Below, in pieces: positions 36,161-47,104 of a stretch of 64,000 nt of DNA. This stretch comes from Armatimonadota bacterium. GTDB lineage: Bacteria > Armatimonadota > SYMT01. The DNA is taken from contig JAWLHY010000017.1 in assembly GCA_041690135.1 (NCBI GenBank), positions 32,001 to 96,000 of the forward strand, read 5' to 3'. The first letter of the stretch is position 1, and every line of letters begins with the position of its first letter. The translations under genes were made by a program, and so were the position numbers. The notes beneath the pieces were generated by a model. The model was not told the origin of the DNA and made no database searches. It was given only the letters and a program-made list of their open reading frames with translations.

Positions 36161-38112
36161 GCCGCGACCTCGGGAGTCGGAGCCGTAGGGGGACAAGACT
36201 CCACGACTTCCGTGTGCCACAACTCCAGCATGAGGAGGCTCCACAACTTGAAGGTGTGATCGGCCTGGGAAGCCACGTGCTCATCTACCAGGCGCCGGAC
36301 GACGTCGGGCCGGAAGTACCCGCGATCCAGGGCCTGTTGGGAGAACAGAGAGTCTTCCAGAAACTCCCGGAGCGGTCCCCGGAACCAATCTCCTACGGGC
36401 ACACCGAACCCCATCTTTCCGCGCCGGGCATTCTCCCCAGGGAGCAGGTCCGAGAACGCCCGCTTCAGGAGATATTTGCTGGTGCGCCCCCGCAGCTTGT
36501 ACTCCACCGGTAGCCGGGCCGCAAACTCCATGACCTCGTGGTCCAGGAACGGAGAGCGGGCTTCCAGGCTCGTGGCCATCGTGGCGATATCCACCTTCAC
36601 CAGCAGGTCGTAGGGCAAGTAGCTCTGCACGTCCGCCGACATCGTCGCATCGACCACCTCCCTCGCGCCGGCAATCTCGAACAGTTGCCGCATCCAGCGC
36701 TGCGGCTCACCTTCGGGATCCTCCGAGCTTTTCGGGGGAAGCTGCGACAGAAGCTCGGGGCCATAGAGCGCGGCCTTCTCTTCCGGGTGGAAGTAGCTGA
36801 CCCAGCGGCCGTAGCGATCGGCCAGGGGACGGTGGGCGACCGCCAGGAACCGGTGCAGGCGCCGGAGGTGGTTCTTGGGATCGATCGAGTCGGGCACTAG
36901 GCGCGTGAGACCGCCTGCCAGGGCGCGGAAGCCGGGGGTGCGGCGAAGGCGCTCCGCCATTTGCGCCGCCAGGTACCGCTCGTAACCGGCGAAGCTCTCA
37001 TCGCCGCCGTCTCCGTTGAGCGCGACCGTGACGTTCCGGCGCGTCATCTGCGCGACGTAGAAGGTGGGGATGGCGGACGAGTCGGCATAGGGCTCTCCGT
37101 AGTGGCGCACGAGCATTGGTAGGACGGACAGCGCGTCCGGCCGGACCACGTGCTCCTGGTGCTCCGTCCCCCAGCGTTCGGCGACCCGGCGAGCGTGCTC
37201 CAGCTCATTGTACGCGGCTTCGGCAAAACCGATGGAAAAGGTCCGGACTGGCCGGCCCGAGACCTGGGCCATCAGGCCGACGACGATGCTGGAGTCGATC
37301 CCTCCCGAGAGGAAAGCCCCCAGAGGCACGTCGCTGATCATGCGCAAACGCACCGCTTCCGTGAGCTTCTCGCGCAAGCCCTCGCAGGCTTCCGCTTCCG
37401 AGATCCGGAGCTTGGGCTGGTAATCCAGCGACCAGTACTGCTCGGTCCGGACGCGGAGCCCTTCGGGGATGACGTCCAGCGTCAACCAGTGGCCGGGGAG
37501 TAGCTTCGCGATTCCGGTAAACCCGGTTGCGGGACCGGGGATATAGCCCCAGGAGAGGTAAGCGTCCATTGACGCCCGGTCGATCTCCCGCGGGATCTCC
37601 GGGTCCGCCAGAAGCCCCTGCAACTCCGAGGCAAAGGCGAAGCGGTCGCCACCGTGAGCCTGCCGCCAGTAGAACAGCGGCTTTTTGCCGACGCGGTCGC
37701 GGGCCAGGAAGAGCCGCTTCCGGTTCTGGTCCCAGATGCCGAAGGCGAACATCCCGCGAAACCGCCGCACGCATTCGGTTCCCCACTGTTCGTAAGCGTG
37801 GACCAGGACCTCCGTATCCGTGCGCGTGTGGAACCGGTGACCCAGGCCCTCCAGCTCGGCGCGCAGGGAGGCGAAGTTATACACCTCGCCGTTGAAGGTG
37901 ATCCAGACGGTGCCGTCTTCGTTGGACAGCGGCTGCCGGCCCGCTTCCGACAGGTCGATGATGGAGAGACGGCGATGGCCGAGAGCGCACCAGTCGTCCG
38001 ACCAGATCCCGGATGCGTCGGGACCGCGGTGCCGCTGGGCATCCAGCATCCGGCGAACGGCGAGGTCCCGGTTTTCCCTTTCCGAGCTGATTTTTCCACC
38101 GATGCCACACAT
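36154..38112 (-). CDS. asnB: Asparagine synthase (glutamine-hydrolysing)-like glycan amidotransferase
   Basis: MCGI start (Ntn Cys), HRGPD, RLSIID, FNGEVYN, LSGGIDSS, GDGGDE, SLEARSPFLD. Confidence 0.95.
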   Translation of the reverse strand: MCGIGGKISSERENRDLAVRRMLDAQRHRGPDASGIWSDDWCALGHRRLSIIDLSEAGRQPLSNEDGTVWITFNGEVYNFASLRAELEGLGHRFHTRTDTEVLVHAYEQWGTECVRRFRGMFAFGIWDQNRKRLFLARDRVGKKPLFYWRQAHGGDRFAFASELQGLLADPEIPREIDRASMDAYLSWGYIPGPATGFTGIAKLLPGHWLTLDVIPEGLRVRTEQYWSLDYQPKLRISEAEACEGLREKLTEAVRLRMISDVPLGAFLSGGIDSSIVVGLMAQVSGRPVRTFSIGFAEAAYNELEHARRVAERWGTEHQEHVVRPDALSVLPMLVRHYGEPYADSSAIPTFYVAQMTRRNVTVALNGDGGDESFAGYERYLAAQMAERLRRTPGFRALAGGLTRLVPDSIDPKNHLRRLHRFLAVAHRPLADRYGRWVSYFHPEEKAALYGPELLSQLPPKSSEDPEGEPQRWMRQLFEIAGAREVVDATMSADVQSYLPYDLLVKVDIATMATSLEARSPFLDHEVMEFAARLPVEYKLRGRTSKYLLKRAFSDLLPGENARRGKMGFGVPVGDWFRGPLREFLEDSLFSQQALDRGYFRPDVVRRLVDEHVASQADHTFKLWSLLMLELWHTEVVESCPPTAPTPEVAAC

Positions 38113-38141
38113 AGAGAGTGCTACGCTGCTTTCGCCGGCAT

Positions 38142-38360
38142 TCAGTCCGGCCGGGGATACAAAAAGGGGCGCTCGAAAGGCCGAAAGAAGACGCAGGCCA
38201 GAGGGATGCAGAGAGGCGCCAGAATCCCTACGGAAAGCGCGACCCTGGCGTCCGCCGCCACCCCGAGAAACTTTCCCACCGGCCCGACCAGGTGGAGCCA
38301 CAGAAGGCGGCAGAGCCAGTCCTGGGGATCGACGGTGCGGTGCACGTATGCGAGGCGCAT
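38142..38360 (-). pseudogene. Small hydrophobic ORF, probable C-terminal remnant of an acyltransferase-3 gene
   Basis: 72 aa filling an operon gap, ending CVFFRPFERPFL, which resembles the ERP-containing C-terminus of OafA-type acyltransferases. Confidence 0.4.
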
Positions 38361-38370
38361 GGCGAACGCT

Positions 38371-39285
38371 TCACTCCGCCATAGTACCGCCGTTCCCGCT
38401 TCCGGTTACGGTTGATGGTGGCGCCGGATACTCCTCGTCCGGAAGGTCCGGACGAGTCTTGCCAAAGATGAGCGCATAGTCTCGCTCCTCCAGGGGGCGG
38501 CGGACCTTCGCGGGAACTCCCGCAATCAGGCTGTAGGGTTCCTGGAACGGCCGGGTAATAACGGAAGCCAACCCCACGACGCAGCAGTCCGGGATGGTTG
38601 CCCCCGGTGCGAACCGCAGCTCCGACCCCAGGTAGCAGTAATTCCCAATGCGTACCGGTTGCCCCGTGCGGATGTTGTGGGTCCAGATCGAACTGTTGCG
38701 GCCGCCCAGGATGGAACAGCGACCGATCTCCACCCGGTCGGTGAAGTCGATGCGGTGCTCCGCGGTGATGACCGAGCCGTACCCCAGGATAAAGGTCGAG
38801 TCGGGATCGTTCGTGCAGTCGTGGTCGCGGATCGCGTTGATGAAGCAAAGCCGCCGTACGTGGGAGTAGTCGCCCAGCTCGATTCGCTGTCCACCGCTGA
38901 AGAGGTTGAGCGAGCCAAGATGGACGTGCTGCCCGAGGGTGACCTGGCCGCACCCCAGGAACACGACGCCGTGAGAAATACGGCTCTCCGCACCGACGGT
39001 CAGGCTCTCGCAGTCCAGGTAGGCGAGACCGACCTGCGCCCGGGGGCTGATCCGGTAGCCGAAGCAGGCTCGATACACCCAGCGTTTCAGTGGCGGCGGA
39101 AGCACCGCCGTCGCCACGAGGCCGAGTTGTCGCAGCCGCGTCCGGATCCGGCGAAGCCGGCCGCGTCTCTCGCGGGGCGTCGCTGCGGAAGTCACCCGTG
39201 GAAGCGTGCCGGCCCCACCCGTCACGGTAGGAGCCTCAGGCATTTCGGAGCGTTTGATGACAGTCGGACCGCGTTCTTCACCCAT
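38371..39285 (-). CDS. Hexapeptide-repeat (left-handed beta-helix) acyltransferase-like protein
   Basis: Repeated xxIGxx/LGxx units; [21 protein letters not shown]. Confidence 0.85.
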   Translation of the reverse strand: MGEERGPTVIKRSEMPEAPTVTGGAGTLPRVTSAATPRERRGRLRRIRTRLRQLGLVATAVLPPPLKRWVYRACFGYRISPRAQVGLAYLDCESLTVGAESRISHGVVFLGCGQVTLGQHVHLGSLNLFSGGQRIELGDYSHVRRLCFINAIRDHDCTNDPDSTFILGYGSVITAEHRIDFTDRVEIGRCSILGGRNSSIWTHNIRTGQPVRIGNYCYLGSELRFAPGATIPDCCVVGLASVITRPFQEPYSLIAGVPAKVRRPLEERDYALIFGKTRPDLPDEEYPAPPSTVTGSGNGGTMAE

Positions 39286-40477
39286 CTCCCGGGCTCCCCG
39301 CCTGGTTTCCCGACGCGTTCCACCCCAGGGGCCCTCCGCTGGTGAGCGGCCGGCCGGCAGGGACCGGCGCTACCCGCACGGGCTCTCCCGTCGCGACCCC
39401 CTCGAGGACGGAGGTGAGACGCGGCGCGTGTGCCTGAAGTGAGTAGCGGTCGCGTACGGACGCCTGTCCGGCCTGGGAGCAGCGCCGGCGGAGTGCGGCG
39501 TCATCAAGAAGTGCTTCCAGGCTTTCCACCCACTCTCGTGGGTTTGCGGCCAGGAGCCCATTCTCGCCGTGAGAGATCACCTCGGTCGTCATTCCCACGG
39601 GGGAAGCGACGCAAGGCACGCCGGCCGCCTGATACTGGATGGCCTTGAACGCGCATTTCCCCCGGCTCCAGTCATCCTCCACGATCGGATAGACCCCCAG
39701 GTCGAGGCTGCGGAAGTCGCGGACCTCCGTCTCCAATCGCCACGTTCGATTGTCCACCGTCACTCCGGGTATCTCTACCGGCGATCCCGCGCCGATTACG
39801 CGGAAGAGGAACTCGCGCCGCCGCGCCAATTCCTGGAGCGGCTCCGAAAGCAGGCGGAGATATTGCGCCGTGGAATGGCTACCGATCCAACCGATGACCG
39901 GTCGGCCCGCCGGGTCGGGCTCCGGCCGGGTCTGCGCAAACAAATCGGTATCCACCACCGTGGGCAACACGGTCACGCGGGGGTGGTAACGCCGCGCATA
40001 CTCGGCCAGGTAGTCGTTCCCCGCCAGCACGTGCGCGCTCTCGGCGACGATGCGTGCGGTCTTCCCGGGGCACTTCAGCCAGGACGCCAGCCTTCCGTAA
40101 GTCGGACTACTGTAGGCGACGAACACGGCGTCGTCAAAGTCGAAAACCAGCGGCCGGCGGAGCACCTTCGCGAGAAACTGCTCTATCAGGGGCGGGCCGA
40201 ACAACATCGCCTCGCGGGTTACGCACACGACGTCGAACCGGCGCGAGCGGTGCAGATCGCGGCAGCGGCGCAGGGCGGCTAGCGCCAGCGCCCAGGCCTT
40301 CCAGCCGGTTCGTCCGGGGGTGTAGAGCGACCCGAACACGGACTCGGTCAGGAAGGGCCGAAGTTCTACGTCGAAACCGTGCTCGCGGAGGTATGGGAAG
40401 TACTGGAGCACCCGGTAGCGCGTGCTTGCCGCACTGGCCGGTTGGCAGGAGAGGAACAGTACCCGAGGGCGAGTCAC
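39278..40477 (-). CDS. Glycosyltransferase family 4
   Basis: [36 protein letters not shown]; GTGA overlap start. Confidence 0.92.
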   Translation of the reverse strand: MTRPRVLFLSCQPASAASTRYRVLQYFPYLREHGFDVELRPFLTESVFGSLYTPGRTGWKAWALALAALRRCRDLHRSRRFDVVCVTREAMLFGPPLIEQFLAKVLRRPLVFDFDDAVFVAYSSPTYGRLASWLKCPGKTARIVAESAHVLAGNDYLAEYARRYHPRVTVLPTVVDTDLFAQTRPEPDPAGRPVIGWIGSHSTAQYLRLLSEPLQELARRREFLFRVIGAGSPVEIPGVTVDNRTWRLETEVRDFRSLDLGVYPIVEDDWSRGKCAFKAIQYQAAGVPCVASPVGMTTEVISHGENGLLAANPREWVESLEALLDDAALRRRCSQAGQASVRDRYSLQAHAPRLTSVLEGVATGEPVRVAPVPAGRPLTSGGPLGWNASGNQAGSPGDG

Positions 40478-41802
40478 TGGACCACTCCCACTTGTGACTG
40501 CCGGGTCGCCTCTAACTGCCGTTTCATCTGAAGCCTGGCCAGGGCGGCCCGCTCGAGCCCGACGGCCGCGAAGATGAAGAGCCACGGCAGCAACTGGGCG
40601 CGCTGGCGGAACACCAGGCCCACGTTCCCGAACATCAGCGAATAGAGCAACCCGAACCCGAGGATGAACAGCAGCAGCACGAGCACGTCCTGCGTCCGGT
40701 GCCGCAGGCAGTATCGCAGTCCGGGGATGAGGCCCGCCGCCACCAGCCACCACCAGTACAACAACTCCGGAAGCGACAGCAACATTCGCAGGCTGGCTCC
40801 TCCCAACTGCCAGGGGAACGGCGCGAGCAGCAGGTGCACGGCGCCGACGCTCGTTCCCAGGGCAAAGCCGGTGGGCGTCCGCACGTCGTAGCCCGTCTCG
40901 ACCCCACTGCGCGCACCCCACTTGGCCCCACCCGTGGAGACATCACGCCGGAAGTTCTGCACGCGATCGAGACTGAACGTCTCCAACTCCTGCTCGCGCC
41001 GGGCAAAGGAACTGCTCGTGACGAAGAGCACTCCCAGGAGAACGGCGAACAGCAGTCCCGGTCGCGCGCGCTGGGGACGCAGAATCTCGGGAGCCACAAG
41101 CGCCGTAGCTACGGCCAGTCCCACGATCCACGCGGCATAGAAGCGGAAGGGAATGAGCAGGACCACCGTCACCACGCAGAGCACGAGGTGAGGAATGGAT
41201 AGCCCGTGTTTCCGGAGGCGCACGCAGCCGTAGAGCGCCAGGGTCTCCAGGAAGATGATGACCGGCTCCTTCACCGTCAACGCCGACCAGATCAGCATGG
41301 AGGGGAAGAGCGTGGTCCACCAACCGACCCAGTACGCTACCCAAGATGAGAACAGCGAACGGGCGATTCGGTAAGCGAAGACCACGGTAAGGGCGCCGAA
41401 GAACCCGTTGAGCGCCGCCGCAACCAGGCGGAACGGCAGATTGGTGATGAAGAAGCAGGCGCCCAGGAGGTAGCTGTACCCCTTGTGGTGACCGTCGAAC
41501 GCTCCGGCCAGGGCGAACGGGAGTTGGAAAAGCGAGAGCCCCTGGCGCTCCCAGGTGGACTTCATGCCCACGCCGGTCCACCACCCGCTCGCATCCTCGT
41601 CCCCAAAGACGTTGATGCCGCCGAACTGATAGATCCCGACCGAAAGCACGTACCGCAGCAGGTAAGCGGCCACGAAGAGGCGCACCTGGAACTGCACGTC
41701 GGCCCGTTCGCCGCGCGTGTTCGACGTGATGACGAACCCCAGCCCCATGAGGAGGCAGAAGACCAGAGTTCCTTCGAAGAGTCCGGGGTTTTCGTAGACC
41801 AT
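40474..41802 (-). CDS. Polytopic membrane protein, putative polymerase / GT-C-type glycosyltransferase
   Basis: Ten or more TM segments; [28 protein letters not shown]. Confidence 0.7.
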   Translation of the reverse strand: MVYENPGLFEGTLVFCLLMGLGFVITSNTRGERADVQFQVRLFVAAYLLRYVLSVGIYQFGGINVFGDEDASGWWTGVGMKSTWERQGLSLFQLPFALAGAFDGHHKGYSYLLGACFFITNLPFRLVAAALNGFFGALTVVFAYRIARSLFSSWVAYWVGWWTTLFPSMLIWSALTVKEPVIIFLETLALYGCVRLRKHGLSIPHLVLCVVTVVLLIPFRFYAAWIVGLAVATALVAPEILRPQRARPGLLFAVLLGVLFVTSSSFARREQELETFSLDRVQNFRRDVSTGGAKWGARSGVETGYDVRTPTGFALGTSVGAVHLLLAPFPWQLGGASLRMLLSLPELLYWWWLVAAGLIPGLRYCLRHRTQDVLVLLLFILGFGLLYSLMFGNVGLVFRQRAQLLPWLFIFAAVGLERAALARLQMKRQLEATRQSQVGVVQ

Positions 41803-43037
41803 CAGCTCAACCCGACCAGTCGCTCGTAGAGGCGGCGGTACCTCCGGCCGCCCACCTGGGCCAGATCGAAGTGCCGGACCGCGGCCTCCCGGCAGCGGTT
41901 GGCGCTATCGGGCTCGCTGCGGAGGCGGTCCGCCGTTTCCAAAGCGCGAGCGTACCCTTCCGGACCTAATGGATCCACTATCACCCCCACCCGCTCCCCG
42001 GTGACCAGGGCGTCCACGTCACCAATTCCCCCGTTACACACTACGGGTAATCCGGACGCGAGGTATTCGGCTAGTTTCGTTGGCGAGGATGCCAGCTTCG
42101 AATAGCACGGCTTGATGAAGGACAGGGCCAGGTCCGCTCCGCGCAGGTAGCGGGGAATCTCGCCGGGCGCAACCCGTCGGATGAGGCAATCGGTTTCCGG
42201 GACGCCCGCGGCGCGCAGGGGCTCACGGATCAGTTCCGGAGAACTTTGGGTCAGGATCAGCGAAAAGGTTGTGGGGTCCTGGCGGTGCGCCTCGCCCAGG
42301 AAGTCGGCCATCTCTGCTGTGAGGTACCACCCGCCCAACGCCCCGACGTACGCGATCACGCGCCGCCCTTCCCAGTGGAACTCCCTCCGGACCTCTGCAC
42401 GGGATGCGGTTTCCATTTCTGCGAACCGCTGCAGGTCCACGCAGCACGGAATAACGGCGAGCGGCCGCCCCTGGTCGTCCGTGTCGGTGCAACCGGGGAA
42501 AAGGATCTCCCGGGCTCGCTCCGTGAGAACGACCATGGCGTCCGCCGCCTGAAGGAGCTTCCCTTCGGCGGTTTTGGTCAGCCGGTAGTGGACTCCCCCT
42601 TGCTTCCAGATACCGGCGTCCACGTACTCTTCCGGCATGAACCCGCGGATGTCGAAGATCAGCTTGCCCCCCGCCAGGCGCTTCGCCAGGGCGCCCATCG
42701 CTGCCGCCATGTGCCCCCGTGCATGGTAAATGCCGATCCCTTCGCGGCGGGCAAGCCGCGCCGCGAAGCGCGCCCCGACCAGAATATCGAACACCGTGGC
42801 CGGCAAGGAGGGACGCTTATGGTAGGGAAGGTAACACCAGCGAATCCCTTCCGCTGCCAGCCGATCCGACCAGAATTGTATTTCTCGGGCCTCCCACGCG
42901 CGGGCCAGGTCCGGCTCGAAGGTGAGGAGACTCACCCCTACGCCCCCGTCCCGCAGTTGTCGTAGGTACGGTAGCACCTGGGTCTGGACCAATGGCTCCC
43001 GCAGTCCGAAGTAGCAGAGATAGAGCGTCCGAGTCAC
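41802..43037 (-). CDS. Glycosyltransferase family 4
   Basis: QVLPYL, HAR, FDIRG, IPCCVD, SSPTKLAEYLASGLP. Confidence 0.9.
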   Translation of the reverse strand: MTRTLYLCYFGLREPLVQTQVLPYLRQLRDGGVGVSLLTFEPDLARAWEAREIQFWSDRLAAEGIRWCYLPYHKRPSLPATVFDILVGARFAARLARREGIGIYHARGHMAAAMGALAKRLAGGKLIFDIRGFMPEEYVDAGIWKQGGVHYRLTKTAEGKLLQAADAMVVLTERAREILFPGCTDTDDQGRPLAVIPCCVDLQRFAEMETASRAEVRREFHWEGRRVIAYVGALGGWYLTAEMADFLGEAHRQDPTTFSLILTQSSPELIREPLRAAGVPETDCLIRRVAPGEIPRYLRGADLALSFIKPCYSKLASSPTKLAEYLASGLPVVCNGGIGDVDALVTGERVGVIVDPLGPEGYARALETADRLRSEPDSANRCREAAVRHFDLAQVGGRRYRRLYERLVGLS

Positions 43038-43855
43038 GCTCGGGCTCCTCGCGACGGCGGGCGGAGCCAGGCTGCCAACTGCGAGACGCGGGCGGCGAAC
43101 GCAGGCACGTCGTCGAAGTCACCCACCAGTGTCCTGCGCAATGCGAAGAGGGAGGTGAAGTCGTCGTTGGCTCCCGGGTCGGTGGTCAGCGCGCAGGAGT
43201 ATCCCAGTGATTCGGCGACCCGGCAGAGGTCCGGGGTGTAACTTCCATACGGAAAGGCAAACGGCATCTCACGGGCTCCCAACTCACTCCCGATGCGCTC
43301 CTGGGACGCCCGCAACTCCCGCTCCGCCTCCGCTGGGTCGATCTGTGCCAGCTTCGGATGGCTGCAGGTGTGGGAGCCGAAGTCGAACGTGGTCCCGCCG
43401 GCGAGGCGCCGGGCCTCTGCCCATGAAAGTGCCTGCTGATCGTCGAGCGGCGACCACGACAGGGTGGGTTCGTCCTCTTGCCGCTGGCGGTCGGCGATCA
43501 GAAAAACAGTGGCCGGAAAGTCGTGCTTCCGCAGGCGGGGTGCTGCGACCGTCAGAAAGTTGCGGTACCCGTCATCAAAGGTCAACACCACGGAGTAGGC
43601 GGGGAGAGGTCTTCGTTCCTGTCGCGCTCGCAAGAACTCCCGTAGGGACAGCACGTGGTAGTGTCGGGCGAGATAGGCAAGCTGGGCCTCAAAACGCGCG
43701 GCGCGCACGTGCAGCCCGGCTGGGTCCTCCGGGCTGGCTTCTTGCCGGCAAGTGACGCCGTGGTAACAGAGGATCACCGTGCGCCTGCGGTTGAGCCAGG
43801 CGGCCAAGCGCGTGAGGCCGCAGCAGTGCAAAAGGGCGAACAGGTACCGCTTCAT
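43034..43855 (-). CDS. Polysaccharide deacetylase (CE4)
   Basis: ILCYH, LTFDDGY, GSHTCSH, FAFPYG; ATG 43855. Confidence 0.93.
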   Translation of the reverse strand: MKRYLFALLHCCGLTRLAAWLNRRRTVILCYHGVTCRQEASPEDPAGLHVRAARFEAQLAYLARHYHVLSLREFLRARQERRPLPAYSVVLTFDDGYRNFLTVAAPRLRKHDFPATVFLIADRQRQEDEPTLSWSPLDDQQALSWAEARRLAGGTTFDFGSHTCSHPKLAQIDPAEAERELRASQERIGSELGAREMPFAFPYGSYTPDLCRVAESLGYSCALTTDPGANDDFTSLFALRRTLVGDFDDVPAFAARVSQLAAWLRPPSRGARA

Positions 43856-44652
43856 CGGCTCCCCGCGCTGCCTAGCGGCTTGCGATAGCGGCCGATGTAG
43901 CCATGAGCGAGGAACGATGGCAGTGCGGCGCGGGTGGCATGGCAGCGCTCGAACGGAGCGTTCAGGCGCATGCAGATGCCTGGCGCCAAACGGGGTAGGG
44001 GATAGGGTAGCGGTGTGAAATGATACTGCGCGCCGGCCTCCCACTCCAGACCCGCGCGGCGGGCAGCCGCGTCCAGTTCATCCGGCTGGAGGCAGAGGCG
44101 CGGCAATCGATCCGCGCTGCCCAGACCCAGGAGGCGCGCCGCGCCCCGGAGCGGCGCCGTTAGCGAGATCATCACGCGGTCTACATGCATCCGCTTGGGC
44201 ACTGTCACCAGTGCCACGCCTCCCGGTTTCAGAATGCGCCGGATTTCCCGCAGGGCCTTGTCGGGAGTTTCCAGGTATTCAAGCACCGCCATGCAGATCA
44301 CGGTGTCGTAGGTATCGTCCGGCAACGCCAGCGCCTCGATGTCGCCCTGTCGAAAGCTGACCTCCGGAACGCCCTGGAACCGTACGGACGCTTCTCGCAC
44401 CATTTCCGGAGAGTAATCGATACCCAGGAAGGCGCCGCCCCTTTCCCGGATGGCTTCCACCATTACGCCGGGCCCGCATCCCAGGTCGACCACCTGTCCC
44501 GGCCGTTCCGGAAGCAACTCCAGGATACGGGCGCGGCGGACGTGGAAGTGATAGGTGAAGCCATCCGCCACCGCATAGAGCCGGGACCAATCCCCGGAGG
44601 CGGAAAGGCGGTCGAAATGCTCCAGGACAGCTTGTTTATCCGCTGACGACAC
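43852..44652 (-). CDS. Class I SAM methyltransferase
   Basis: VDLGCGPG, GIDYSPEM, RILKPGG. Confidence 0.9.
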   Translation of the reverse strand: MSSADKQAVLEHFDRLSASGDWSRLYAVADGFTYHFHVRRARILELLPERPGQVVDLGCGPGVMVEAIRERGGAFLGIDYSPEMVREASVRFQGVPEVSFRQGDIEALALPDDTYDTVICMAVLEYLETPDKALREIRRILKPGGVALVTVPKRMHVDRVMISLTAPLRGAARLLGLGSADRLPRLCLQPDELDAAARRAGLEWEAGAQYHFTPLPYPLPRLAPGICMRLNAPFERCHATRAALPSFLAHGYIGRYRKPLGSAGSR

Positions 44653-45670
44653 CGGTCTCCGTTCCTCTCACCGTTTCGGGTCGCGACCCGAGGTAGGCCT
44701 GGAGCCACCCCACAAGCGACGCTGTTTCCACAATAGCCCATACGGCCGCCGTACCCAACACCCGGTGCGGGGCCAGCAGCCAGCCGATGCTGCGCGAATC
44801 CCGGCGGATCCACATGCCGCGGACCACCCTCGCTAACCAGAGTAGCGGGGGCGCCGCGGCCCATGCGGGTGAGGCCGCCAGCGCCAGAACCAGGAAGCCG
44901 CCGCAGAGGAGATAGAACCGGGCGAGGCCGTAATGCCACTGGCGCTGGCGGCCCGCCCATGCGTTATGCCGGGAGAACGTCGAAAATCGGCGGAACAGGG
45001 CCGCGGGGGAGGGCGGGAGCTTCCACCAGATGGTGGCTTCCGATGCCCACGCGGCCGGGATCTCCGCCGCCGCGACTCGCTCCATGAAGATCAGGTCTTC
45101 AGCAGCGCGCAGATCCGGAAAGCTTCCCACGCGGCTCCAGGTGTCTTTATGGACCAGGCTAGAGGCAATGAACGGTCCGCGCATGACGCCTCCCGGCCGC
45201 GGGGAGCGGGGATGGACGAAGACGAGGGCTTCGCACTCTTCAAAGAACGACCGCACCTCCGGCTCGAAGTTCCCGTATACGATCCCGGCTTCGGGTTGGG
45301 ACCGGGCCGCATCCCAAAGCCTGGAGAGCCACTGCGGCTCGAGGCGGATCCCGGCGTCCGTGAGGGCAATCCAGTCGCACCGCGCGGCCGCGATCCCCAC
45401 GTTCCGCCCGCGGCCCGGCGTGGCGGGTCCCGCCTCGATAATCCGGTATCTCGGATCCTCGGCTGTGAGTTCCCGTGCCAGTTCAACGGTGCCGTCCGTC
45501 GACGCGCCATCCACCAGGATGATTTCGGACGGCTGCAGTTCCTGGGCCTGGATCGTTTCAATCAGGGCCCGCAGTGTACCCTCTTCATCGCGCATGGGAA
45601 CCACCAGGGCGATCTCGGGCCGAGCGGCCTCCGAGTTGGGTGCGGAAATCAGTTCTGCAGGATGATCCAT
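44636..45670 (-). CDS. Glycosyltransferase family 2 with C-terminal TM segments
   Basis: VDGASTDGT, GRNVG, TDAG, AED. Confidence 0.9.
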   Translation of the reverse strand: MDHPAELISAPNSEAARPEIALVVPMRDEEGTLRALIETIQAQELQPSEIILVDGASTDGTVELARELTAEDPRYRIIEAGPATPGRGRNVGIAAARCDWIALTDAGIRLEPQWLSRLWDAARSQPEAGIVYGNFEPEVRSFFEECEALVFVHPRSPRPGGVMRGPFIASSLVHKDTWSRVGSFPDLRAAEDLIFMERVAAAEIPAAWASEATIWWKLPPSPAALFRRFSTFSRHNAWAGRQRQWHYGLARFYLLCGGFLVLALAASPAWAAAPPLLWLARVVRGMWIRRDSRSIGWLLAPHRVLGTAAVWAIVETASLVGWLQAYLGSRPETVRGTETGVVSG

Positions 45671-45745
45671 CTTACATCACCGGGTGACGGCGCCGCTCAC
45701 GTGAGCCGAAGCAGGCGTTTCGAGGTCCGGGAAGCGCGAGGCGAC

Positions 45746-46876
45746 TTATACCGAACCGCCGAGCGACTCATAGAGGCGCTGGTACGCCGCGGCGGTGGTA
45801 TTGGCTCCCAGGTGCTCCAGAAGGTAGCGGCGGCCCTCGCGGCCGAGGTGCCGCGCCCGCTCCGGCTCCTCCGCCAACTCGATGAGTGCCGAGGCCAGCG
45901 CGGTGCTGTCTCCCTTCGGAACGAGGAGGCCCCGCTCGTTTTCGCCCAGCACGTCCGGCGCGGCGCCCACGGGGGTCATCACCAACGGTCGTTCGAGCGC
46001 CAGTCCCTCCATCAACACCTGGCAGAACGACTCGCACAGCGAAGGAATGGCGACCGCGTCCGCCATCGCGACCCAGTCCAGAGCGTTGTCGCGCCAGCCG
46101 GCAAAGTATACGGAATTCTCGATCCCCAGTTTCGCGGCCTGCAGCCGGAGGCTCGCCTCGCGCGGCCCGCTCCCGACCAGCACCACCCGCAGGTTCGGCC
46201 GGCGCGCGCGAACGGCGGGTACCGCCTCCAGGAGGTGCTCTAGGCCCTTCTCCGGGTTCAACCGGCAGCACGCGAGCACCACGTAGTTCCCTTCCAGTCC
46301 GTGCTCCCGGCGAATCCGGGCGGGTGCGTCCGGGGTAGAGGGCCGGTAGCGTTCGAAATCGAGGCCGAAGGGGATCACCTCCACCTTCCCGGCCGGCACC
46401 CGCTGGCGTTCCGTCAGCAGTCGGGCGATATCCTTCGCCGGAACGGCGATCCGGTCCGCCGTCCGGTTAGAAAACCCTTCGCCCTGGAGGATCACCTTCT
46501 GCTTCCATCCACGGGTCAGGTAGTAGATGTGGTCTGAGTAATGACGGCCCACCACGTAAGCCGGAACGCGTGCCAGCCTCACCGCGAGGGCGGCTATCAG
46601 GTTCTCGTGGTAGTGGTGCGCCTGGAGGACGTGGGGACGGAACTCTCGAATCTCCCGCAGCAGTTCTCGCAGCATCCGTCCCCAGTTTCGGGGGCCACAC
46701 GACTGGTTCAGGCACCGGGTGGCATACGCTTCCACGGGGCGATAGGGCGCGACCTGGCGTGGCGGGACACCGGTCAACGCGCGGACGTCGAACCGCTTCC
46801 GGTCCAACCGCGTGAGCACCACATCGATGATATCCCAGCGGTTGATGATCCCGGCGAAGTGAAGAATGCGGAGCAA
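45746..46876 (-). CDS. Glycosyltransferase family 4
   Basis: RLNPEKG, GSGP, ESFCQVLMEGLA. Confidence 0.9.
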   Translation of the reverse strand: MLRILHFAGIINRWDIIDVVLTRLDRKRFDVRALTGVPPRQVAPYRPVEAYATRCLNQSCGPRNWGRMLRELLREIREFRPHVLQAHHYHENLIAALAVRLARVPAYVVGRHYSDHIYYLTRGWKQKVILQGEGFSNRTADRIAVPAKDIARLLTERQRVPAGKVEVIPFGLDFERYRPSTPDAPARIRREHGLEGNYVVLACCRLNPEKGLEHLLEAVPAVRARRPNLRVVLVGSGPREASLRLQAAKLGIENSVYFAGWRDNALDWVAMADAVAIPSLCESFCQVLMEGLALERPLVMTPVGAAPDVLGENERGLLVPKGDSTALASALIELAEEPERARHLGREGRRYLLEHLGANTTAAAYQRLYESLGGSV

Positions 46877-46961
46877 GGGAGTAAAGCGAGCGACGAGACG
46901 TGTTTCGGACGTTCAATGCCTGGTCCGGCAGGCGCGACGGGGTTCACGGGCTGTTGCGAGA

Positions 46962-47104
46962 CGCATTGCGTATTGCGTAATGCGTGAAGAAAGTAGGGCG
47001 GCTCGATTAGTGGGCAGGATGGGGGCACTCGGACTGATTGCTGCCTTCCGCCTACTGTCCTCTACCGGCTGTCGCCCCCATTCATCCTTCATCCTTCACC
47101 CTTC
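46962..47104. repeat. Three different 7-bp tandem arrays in an operon spacer
   Basis: cgcattg cgtattg cgtaatg cgtgaag (46962-46989); degenerate ctgcctt ccgccta ctgtcct (from 47041); ttcatcc ttcatcc ttcaccc ttc (47081-47104). Confidence 0.75.

Noticed and set aside
36154-38360. AsnB plus upstream small ORF as lasso peptide cyclase and precursor
   Set aside because: AsnB has an intact Ntn glutaminase start and sits among glycosyltransferases; there is no B1/B2 protein, and the small ORF lacks a lasso leader/core pattern.
45695-45706. 12-bp palindrome gctcacgtgagc in a short spacer
   Set aside because: Single short occurrence; compatible with chance.
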